From a virus (taxonomy: Duplodnaviria > Caudoviricetes), in the IMG/VR virus record IMGVR_UViG_3300042380_000737, positions 1 through 35,522 of that record: a stretch of 35,522 nt of DNA; one strand, 5' to 3'. The notes beneath the pieces are model-generated. The model made no database searches. It was not told where the DNA came from and worked only from the letters and a program-made list of their open reading frames with translations. How positions within the stretch are numbered: the stretch's first letter is position 1; each line of letters starts with the position of its first letter. Of the stretch, positions 9,001 through 13,500 are shown in pieces. The position numbers were made by a program, and so were the translations under genes.

Positions 9001-10527
9001 TTCGGCTCGCCGGAAGGCAAGAAGAAGCGCGTGCTGGCCAACGATTTGTTCAGAGCAGTTCATGACGCCTTCGGCCATGGCCTGGAGGGCGCCGGCTTCC
9101 GCGCCGACGGCGAGGAGAACGCCTGGCAGGCCCACGTCAGGCTCTTCACGGGCCCTGCGGTAGGCGCCATCACTAGCGAGACCCGCGGCCAGAATTCCGC
9201 ATTGAACTTTTCGTCGCAACCGCTACACCAAGTCATCGGTGAACACAAAGCAAGGTTGCTGTATGACGAAGGATATGCGGGGCGGGAGGCGCGAGGTCAA
9301 GCCGGTGACGCACAACGGGGTGACGTACCGGACCTCTCGGGAGTGCCCGGTGTACGCGGTGTGGAACGGGATGATGTATCGCTGCTTCAACCCAAAGGCT
9401 CCGAGCTTCCCGCACTACGGGGGGCGGGGAATAACGGTGGCTCAGGAGCTGCAGACGCTGCAGGGCTTTCTGGACGTGATGGGGTTGCCGCCAGGCCCGG
9501 GGTATCAGATCGACCGGATCGACAACAACGGCAACTACGAGCCGGGGAATCTGCGCTGGGCAACGGCGACGGAGAACGAGCGGAACAAGCGAAACAACCG
9601 CCTGGTGACGCACAACGGCCGGACGCAATGCCTTTCGGCGTGGGCGCAAGAGATCGGGGTGTCGATTCAAGTGCTCTGGACTCGTCTCGACAAGTACAAG
9701 TGGACCGTGCAGGAGGCGCTGGAGACGCCGCTGGGGGAGGGCGGGCGCCGCTTTGGAAGACGATCACAGTCGGCGAGCACAACCGCAGCGCCAAGGTAGC
9801 TGACACCGTCTTCGCCGACCAGAAGACCGGCCTGATGCCGGAGTGGACCTGGACCGAGGGCCGCGCCGATGACGAGCCGGGCGCGACGATGAGCCCGGCG
9901 CGCGACGCCACGCTTGAAGACTTCAAGCCCGCCGGCATCGGCCGCCTGCTGGACCTTGGCAACTGGGCCATCATGACCGCCGAGAACCCGGGCGGGAACG
10001 CGGCATCCGCAGCCTACAACCGCAACGCCAACGCCAGCCTGCGGAAAGACCTGGTAGAGATCGGTGCGCAGCTCGTCGAGATCACGGGCCGCTACGGCGG
10101 CCCGACCGACGAGAGCAGCTTCGCCGTGGTCGGCATCGCGCCGGAAGACGCGCTGCGCCTGGGCCGACAGTACGATCAGGAAAGCGTCCTCACGCGCGAT
10201 GGCCTCGTGTACCAAGACGGCACTCGCAACCCGGCCACAGGCGTCGAGGTCTTCCGCAAGGCGCCAAAGGACTACTTCAGCCGCATCGGCGACACGATCT
10301 TCAGGCTGAACATCGACTTTGACCGCCGCCTGCCGGCTGCGGCACCGCCCGCCGACCTGATCAAGATCTTCGAAGACATGCGCAGCTCCCCCAAGGCCCG
10401 CAAGTCCGCAAAGGCGGCCGCCGCGGCGCACCCGCTTTCGGCCAGAATCCAAGAGATCGAGACCAACTTCTACGACATCCTGGACGAGCTCGAAGGCTCC
10501 AAGGTGTTGTCTATCAACTGCGACTGA
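1..10527 (+). CDS. Giant polyvalent protein 1 (5'-truncated; probably virion-delivered multi-effector)
   Basis: Frame 1 is open from base 1 (VGNALATGG...) to TGA 10525-10527, so the true start lies upstream of the window. Motifs: ParB-like DGHH (2470-2481), zincin HEFLH (2980-2994), ART-like domains, HhH-glycosylase-like domain, HDAFGH domain, DUF3293/SAM-lyase-like domain. Confidence 0.9.
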   Translation, partial: VGNALATGGIEGSTEAVEEAATVIEGQRAAAQYNPEIDSTKGAAGAATMGFVGGAGVGAVAGALQSPELAPVIQKAQEPNSPLSKSAVAGTAASPPVAPVAPVDPAARLAELEAKSKGTPDRVVTGPDGRPMTIPGTPGGFFTASEKGEYDALIAQRDATPGAKPDELAPRLAAVKSALNPGVLDALRAEGSDYTAKDLLKDLAIAQSRSAQQTQREQALSRIETGLEWAGANPAPTIEPNIDEITGTADGEIREPGARAPIGQLRAGVDRDAELIAQRDGTQAGRAGEALRAEADRLDEASLLIVSDPKADDAAFERANDMRSRAHSLRQRAARADADAPAAQPGVGIQRDRELIDAQRQVNMERRLGARPAPPAPAPAPPPAPVTPAEQGRLEAAALGAKVNERRRGDEARRVVIDRALRNVEERVGVASPAEAQIFAEAGLGKPYDRIDESLAPPPSTDERLTQATGIALGRRPRETVVPGRQDDAALASAEQKAVVDAARARMTAEQMRVLQDAAVNPANLSATDKLQLQQMREARNSGGGAAIMSRARGLYSGWRIATQLAGMAKRWYRPHFDDLVASGAADIDGRKLRDSSPQELLDFLRRLEPVNEHLAVHGGGQRARDLFRRAIEELEAGLREDTANKSAERRGAEPEASALTSSEPAVIRKRRRQLDKLAEDGYETVERRDGVFFIRNSRTGDEVRLSGRADAALARAAVKARADGQTAAQRMVGEKIDGDWSRFSKASGTLGIPRAEMPQVKAEHRGAMANFMAARGVALTQEEVAPNTLKATQAEVSPQRARDAADTDGDRAILVSSDGHILDGHHQWMAALEAGRPVRVIRLDAPIQRLIELAREFPSSTMDVGAAPATNDAAEATTDTPLADGPAMAVEPDRAPGTTFTVRMDGKNVEFKRADVSQLAETESPERDGKARRISRKSAKLISAIGAAMGKRVQFFEDISGTRVGDGFVKPEEPDTIYLNTVSTINPLAVFGHEFLHTLRITNPKAWDAIAAVVKTRVKNPKGFRQDYYGAEIAKKRGNRALSGGRGGELEELVSDLGGNLMADPSFWREVFAKIDADNGKDAKGIIARLIAQLQALIDMAVGAVKGPAFRALNKDGASPFVDDMAAVRAAFRDGLAEYLKDSGQSKAGMQAEILKSSQSAQKSAVRESAIDSLVVDGRFNGMRVYGDWFEQDMLARAKRNKIDVKDLHLGLIQSRSTMGGTYATRGYFYVVPQGVRTYVWDKDNKPVYTLHDGVMVFTRRRDGKVQSSGHADPMDVVLASEPLDDQVRLSKARSVPKKLEENFVAWSGGIARSSVVTDASPGGKHKFKTGEPFVASVFHGSPNIFDEFKNERLGENTGAKSATLGHFAAGSAGTSESYTGGFGGDDFDSEESLTGDVSWDGSGGPELVFTADGGKWLKVADHDPDEIQKDFPDQNFTDADVEALREYQSYVEAAEEMSLGAFGLEGGVPMAGGSARVNTQEILEQLEREGLVALTYSAGVHYGEMFDSDHFVIQKESDGTWAVSRSGTLVSIEKTRRAAEQAANDELQSQIEMRERGDDSQLMNLYLRSANPLVHDYKGKSYREISYAKVISAAKKNGHDAVVLLNTFDGGPKDNIFVFFDPNQVKSSIGNDGSYSRASNNIYKSPERGIHFSKQQRNSINGAYYGTGLKGLEAERLRASDDPRLKTRVYFYVDEGNGVRPEAGVGGYAHEVELPKLYDAKANAEKLWNSGDLNGTESRILDAGYAGYFVKKHETGQGLAVVIGDAAKSMPAKPIANPKIAGPISTGVPETIKAAPSSKEIDLIEVGNIPGATLRAGMLRFPADSREQANAEMARIGSDLRFSKERLSTPAEEIEAVRKRYSVSGSDYIDRELALLGPDESNANGSGANAKHLANAGVSPSLISQGLSLLHGPGFSIDSVDTVLAQRLWSNADAFGDVLDLLSGSGKGFRKLNVKGRMLVQDGMVLAGQNSEIRRSIVESIPVDVVNLLAGKNISTDSLLRDHAVFKDSLFADGDSPVPSLSDVALLSIVGNPAVKGAEVLAGALGMARLSKEALVAVRTGYFDGRLPASPRSVRLASRVEDFPWFDVDDAHVLKFSAQQLVALQENPWLKAPNGKATNLTERQWLHVRTPSFKKWFGDFEKFDGAQGGVWADDNGEVSKVVDSNGEPMVVYHGTDKGGFASFRRPGGKKRGDLGIFTTDNLQMARTYVHRGRGRILVADEISEEDNDGGSEAGVYALFLNIREPNEDDFEGANWDGSREGMYMVVGEDGDAIYADDGRSYFADYDEALSVVAAKGGNIEAAQDHYNDTDSVVRGAQQSRSQDGAIIRSVRDEGGGYNASYYGDPSDLFVALEPNQVKSADFNDGTYSVDEDDIRRSAAREPRERVHGFEVSTREPYAKPTKDFAPEDSRRDLLISDFASGLGQSKWLAAVTELVEGYPNYRAAATANTPEKKLERTVRQLVENLLWLHDQVPADTRNRSRLWYDGARAIAERWSRKYSISDAQAAGILAVLSPQKDWFMNVSLANRVADIMTDRQAFRWSKQMDETSARIFGKEAYQEDIDAIRGQTLQDLDDAYLRAMWLRVYDQAHNPSSFYIVSPEGDFVAEARTKDGTLGRVAWGGNSTIAKAVSVFENGSFENISTQLGRKHKVRNFYNNILVPNSPNGHVTIDTHAVAAALLRPLSGNSIEVMHNFGGPKSAHAGLEGTYAMYEEAYRRAAAERGILPREMQSITWEAVRGMFVPTFKAQRRNVEAVDSVWTQFQKGRLSYENARKQVLELAGGIEAPSWSGRDPGAYVEDEPAADDGDLAADGVPAGDSAADGGDSGRRAGASARRSRARDRERGDEGRSLAPLAGAPSIAGATGPDPRLVEVAERYAASRGVQLRRQADYVKVDPERARRIAEAYEAMPHAPQDPAVKAAYQDLIQQTRAQYDALVDAGYKFWFMDPEADPYAGNPWNAMRDLRANQRMAVFPTEAGFGTSDFDPAANPLLADTGLEWGFGSPEGKKKRVLANDLFRAVHDAFGHGLEGAGFRADGEENAWQAHVRLFTGPAVGAITSETRGQNSALNFSSQPLHQVIGEHKARLLYDEGYAGREARGQAGDAQRGDVPDLSGVPGVRGVERDDVSLLQPKGSELPALRGAGNNGGSGAADAAGLSGRDGVAARPGVSDRPDRQQRQLRAGESALGNGDGERAEQAKQPPGDAQRPDAMPFGVGARDRGVDSSALDSSRQVQVDRAGGAGDAAGGGRAPLWKTITVGEHNRSAKVADTVFADQKTGLMPEWTWTEGRADDEPGATMSPARDATLEDFKPAGIGRLLDLGNWAIMTAENPGGNAASAAYNRNANASLRKDLVEIGAQLVEITGRYGGPTDESSFAVVGIAPEDALRLGRQYDQESVLTRDGLVYQDGTRNPATGVEVFRKAPKDYFSRIGDTIFRLNIDFDRRLPAAAPPADLIKIFEDMRSSPKARKSAKAAAAAHPLSARIQEIETNFYDILDELEGSKVLSINCD
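2210..2580 (+). other. ParB/Srx-like domain in polyvalent protein 1
   Basis: LKATQAE...ILVSSDGHILDGHHQWMAAL...VRVIRLD fits the ParB N-terminal GxHR-type motif. Confidence 0.7.
2820..3430 (+). other. Zincin-like metallopeptidase domain
   Basis: DGFV...IYLN...VFGHEFLH followed by EELVSD (HExxH plus distal E), typical of polyvalent-protein metallopeptidases. Confidence 0.7.
3886..4929 (+). other. ART-PolyVal-like ADP-ribosyltransferase domain with internal insertion
   Basis: VFHGS...F...GHF...LYLRSANP...GHDAVV...VFFDPNQVKSSIGNDGSY. Confidence 0.7.
4951..5330 (+). other. Divergent ART-like domain
   Basis: IHFS...YGTG...RVYFY...LYD...GYAGY follows the H...Y...GYDG layout of the other ART-like modules; weaker match. 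Confidence 0.4.
5590..6282 (-). CDS. Nested antisense HNH endonuclease (zinc finger + HNH + HTH)
   Basis: CTHC...CSFDC, GYRRV...EHRVIAQQAIGR.I.PGEEVHHINGNRLDNRPSNL...H..LH, then HTH-like segments. ATG at 6282, TGA at 5590; lies wholly inside ORF1. Confidence 0.88.
   Translation of the reverse strand: MSIIDIEPGKVLNATGEPDAPRRRRQPPVEISCTHCDKRFFRKASHAERASKNFCSFDCRVAHNAQKGHITEGGYRRVTVGKKRIFEHRVIAQQAIGRDILPGEEVHHINGNRLDNRPSNLAVLTSKDHSVLHKHATFDIELAKSLAATGQQIKDIAKRVGVTPKTLRQHGIYRVDRKTWSVEEAEALRDQGWTHASIGEMLGVCATSIRVGLIRSQKRKLSVDVITPGD
6322..7122 (+). other. ART-PolyVal-like domain
   Basis: WLKAPNGK.TNLTERQW..VRTPSFKKWFGD...SKVVDSNGEPMVVYHGT...GIFTT...LFLNIREP...QDGAII...PNQVKSA. Confidence 0.75.
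7150..8370 (+). other. HhH-GPD / DNA glycosylase-like domain
   Basis: WYDGA...LAVLSPQKDW...KVRNFYNN...VTIDTHAV...YEEAYRRAA...QSITW resembles the HhH glycosylase K...D-x-H...Q..W pattern. Confidence 0.55.
8309..8620 (+). CDS. Overprinted small protein in frame 2 of the ORF1 linker
   Basis: AAAGGA RBS upstream of ATG 8309. G/C-ending codon bias moves into this frame (CTG ACG ATG GAG ACC TGG CTG CGG) while the host frame reads as low-complexity D/G/A/R linker. Confidence 0.6.
   Translation: MKTPENKSSNLLEALKPLAGRDATLARMLKMNRPLTMETWLRMEYPQGIPRLTAEILAGVPAPLRAAAEPETESEGMRAEALRRLRVRRLSQEQPAPTRDSSK
9263..9799 (+). CDS. Nested same-strand HNH homing endonuclease (frame 2)
   Basis: YAVWNGMMYRCFNP...HYGGRGITV...IDRIDNNGNYEPGNLRWAT..N.RNKRNNR..THNGRTQCLSAWA is a classic phage HNH. 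Start is uncertain (GTG 9239 or ATG 9263). Confidence 0.9.
   Translation: MTKDMRGGRREVKPVTHNGVTYRTSRECPVYAVWNGMMYRCFNPKAPSFPHYGGRGITVAQELQTLQGFLDVMGLPPGPGYQIDRIDNNGNYEPGNLRWATATENERNKRNNRLVTHNGRTQCLSAWAQEIGVSIQVLWTRLDKYKWTVQEALETPLGEGGRRFGRRSQSASTTAAPR
9907..10330 (+). other. DUF3293 / SAM-lyase-like domain
   Basis: IMTAENP...N..L..DL...GRYG...ESSF.V...ALRLGRQYDQESVL. Confidence 0.55.
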
Positions 10528-10530
10528 CCA

Positions 10531-13500
10531 ATGGCAAAGACCTGCACCTACAGTTTCACCGCGCCGTCCGGCGACAAGGTCGTCCTGACCGGCATGCCGG
10601 CCATCAAGGCCTGGCTCGCGTCGGGCGGCTTGGAGTACCTGCGGGGTGCGGCGAATGATACGGTGGTCAGCCGCGCGCGCGACGTCACGGAGACGCCCGA
10701 GTTCAAGCGCTGGTTCGACGACAGTAAGGTGGTCGATGCCAGCGGCAAGCCGCTGGTGGTGTATCACGGCACAAACGCGAAGTTCAGTGTCTTTATGCCA
10801 GAAGGCGGCCTTGGCATATACCTGACCCCCGTCCAGAGAATTGCCGCCGCCACTGCGGACTCCGTTTCGGAGGCTGGCGGTAAGCCGCGCGTCATGGAGC
10901 TTTACGCGTCCATCAAGAATCCGGTGACGCTATCTCAGGACGAAATTGAGTGGATCGGCTATGACAAGGCGCGTATTCGAGAGCTTGAGGCTGCCGGCCA
11001 CGATGGGGCGTGGAACGAGTCACGCACCGAGATACTTGCCTTCCGCCCCGAGCAGGTCAAGTCCGCAATCGGCAACACTGGCGCCTTTGCGACTGACAAT
11101 CCAGACATCACGCGCAGCGCCGAGCGCAAGGATGACGAGGTCGAGATCATCCGCGGGCGAGACCTCTACTTCCCGAAGGGGAATGAGAGCGGCGATTTCT
11201 ACGAACCGCTGTGGCTTGCCAGGTCTGGAGACGGGCCATGGGCTCACGGCCGAACCCCGGAGGAGGCCCGCCAGAACCTTGCCGCGCGTCGCGCTGACAT
11301 CACGCGCAGCGCTGAGCGCGACTACGCCGACAACACCAACTTCAAGAAGTGGTTCGGCGACTCGGTGATGACCGATACCGGCGAGCCCGGCGGCAAGCCG
11401 CTTCGCCTGTACCACGGCGGCTTCCCGCTCATGGACGCGCCGCCCGGCAAGGGCATCCCCAAGAGCAGCGCGCGCGGCTCCCTTGGCTACGGCTTCTACA
11501 TGACGCCCGACGAGCGGCGCGCAGAGACGTACGCCGGCGAGTCTGGCGGCTGGGGCCGGCCCGACGGCAGGGTGACCGCGCTCTACGCCCGGCTGCAGAA
11601 CCCCCTGGTGATCGAGCACGCAGACGGCCGAGACCCGGTCATCACGGGCCTTGTGGCCACCGGCATGCCGCGCGACAAGGCGATCAAGAAGGTCGAGAAG
11701 GCCAACGAGGAGTACGGCTGGACCGGCAAGGAGCTGATGTCCGCGGCCACGAAGGCCGGCCACGATGGCCTCGTGTTCAAGCGCGACGGCAAGATCTCCG
11801 AGGTCGTTGTCTACCAGCCGACCCAGGTCAAGAGCGCCGACGGCAACGACGGTTCGTTCTCGTGGAACCCGGACATCCGCCGCTCCGCCGAGCGCGAGGA
11901 AGAGGCTGATGCGGTCTACAAGGAGCTGGCCAAGGACGAGAAGCTGATCGACGCCCTCGAGGTGTACATGACCAGCGGCGACGCCCCCGAGGGCGAGCTC
12001 AACGACAAGCTGCTGAGCTACATCCGGCGCCTGCCGCCCGTCTCTGAGGACTCGTACCTCACCTTCTACCGCAACCAGCCCCAAGGCGCGAGGCCGTGGG
12101 CGCGCGGCTGGTCTTCGTGGACCATCAACGAGGACCAGACTCGCTTTTTCGGCGGCCGCAACTTCGAGGTGCTGCGGCGCAAGGGCGCGCAAGGCCTGGA
12201 TCTTGGTCGCCTTGGCGAGCAGAGGACACGCGACACTGGCGAATTCCACCAGTACGGCTCGCAGGGCGAGTGGTTGCTGCTCAACGAGTCTGTCTTCGGC
12301 GAAGGCGCCATCCGCAGCACCGAGCGCCCCTGGTACTACAGCCAGCTCGCCCGCGCTATCGAAGGCGTCCCCGCGCGCCTGGACAACCAGCCCGGCGTCA
12401 TGTGGGCGCAGTGGCTCAAGGCCAACGCCAGCAAGCTCGGCGTGAAGCAGGACGAGATCACCTGGTCCGGCATCGAAGACTTCCTCAAGCTCAAGGGCAA
12501 GGAGAAGGTCTCGAAGGAGGAGATCGGCGCGTACCTGGCAGAGGGCGGGGTGCGGGTTGAGGAGGTGGTGCTTGGCGATGGCGGCCTGACGCCGGCCGAG
12601 ATCACCGAAGTGCAGGAGCTCCGCGACCTGTACCGGCGCAGCGAACAGGGCGAGGATGGCGTCTTCGATGCTGGCGACTTCGATCGATTGCAGTTCCTTG
12701 AGGAGCGCAAGGGTGGCGACTCGCTGACGAAGTACGGCCAGTACACCCTCCCGGGCGGCACTGCCTACAGGGAGGTGCTGCTGACGCTGCCAGAGCGCCG
12801 CCCGCTGACCGCCGCCTGGCGCAAGGCCCAGGAGCTGTACGGAGACGACGACCAGCGCACGATCGATGCCAAGCGCGCCGCGAAGGCCGAGGCCGGGCCT
12901 GGGCAGAGCGAGAAAGGCTACAAGTCCAGCCACTGGGACGCCAAGAACGTCCTCGCCCACGTCCGCCTGAACGATCGAGTTGACGCCGAGGGCCGGCGCA
13001 CGTTGTTCGTGGAAGAGCTGCAGTCCGACGCAGGCGCCGATGTTCGCAAGAAAGGCTTCATCGACAGCTACAAGCTCGAAGACGTGCAGCCGACCGATGG
13101 CCCGCTGCCCGGGACCTTCTACTACCTCAAGACCCCCGACAACGTCTTCCAGATCCTGAAGTCGCAGCACGCCAGCGAGCAGGCTGCGCGCGAGTACATC
13201 GTCCGCGAGAAGAAGATCAACAGCGGCGGCGTGCCGCGCATGCCCTTCATCGACGACACCACCAAGTGGCTCAACCTCGCCCTGAAGCGCGTCATCGCGA
13301 TGGCCGCCACAGAAGGATACGACGCGGTGGCGTTTGTGAACGGGGAGCAAAGCGCCGAGCGATACGACCTGAGCAAGCAAGTCGACCGCATCTACGTCAC
13401 CAAGCTCAAGGGCGGCGGCTTTGAGTTCACGGCCTACAAGGATGGGCGCGACATCATCCCGCGCCGCGCCGTGGGCACGAAGAGCGAGCTTGCCGAAGCC

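Noticed and set aside
9233-9670. 145-aa minus-strand ORF within the second insert
   Set aside because: Antisense shadow of the frame-2 HNH gene.
5590-9799. Inteins or group I/II introns as the explanation for the nested HNH genes
   Set aside because: The endonucleases are not in the host frame, there is no C-terminal His-Asn plus Cys/Ser/Thr junction, and flanks of only tens of bases cannot hold a ribozyme core. Not excluded experimentally.
11020-13380. 786-aa minus-strand ORF (likewise 7540-9219, 14170-15666, 17197-18876, 9667-10767)
   Set aside because: In-register antisense shadows of high-GC coding sequence with no recognisable motifs, unlike the 5590-6282 HNH.
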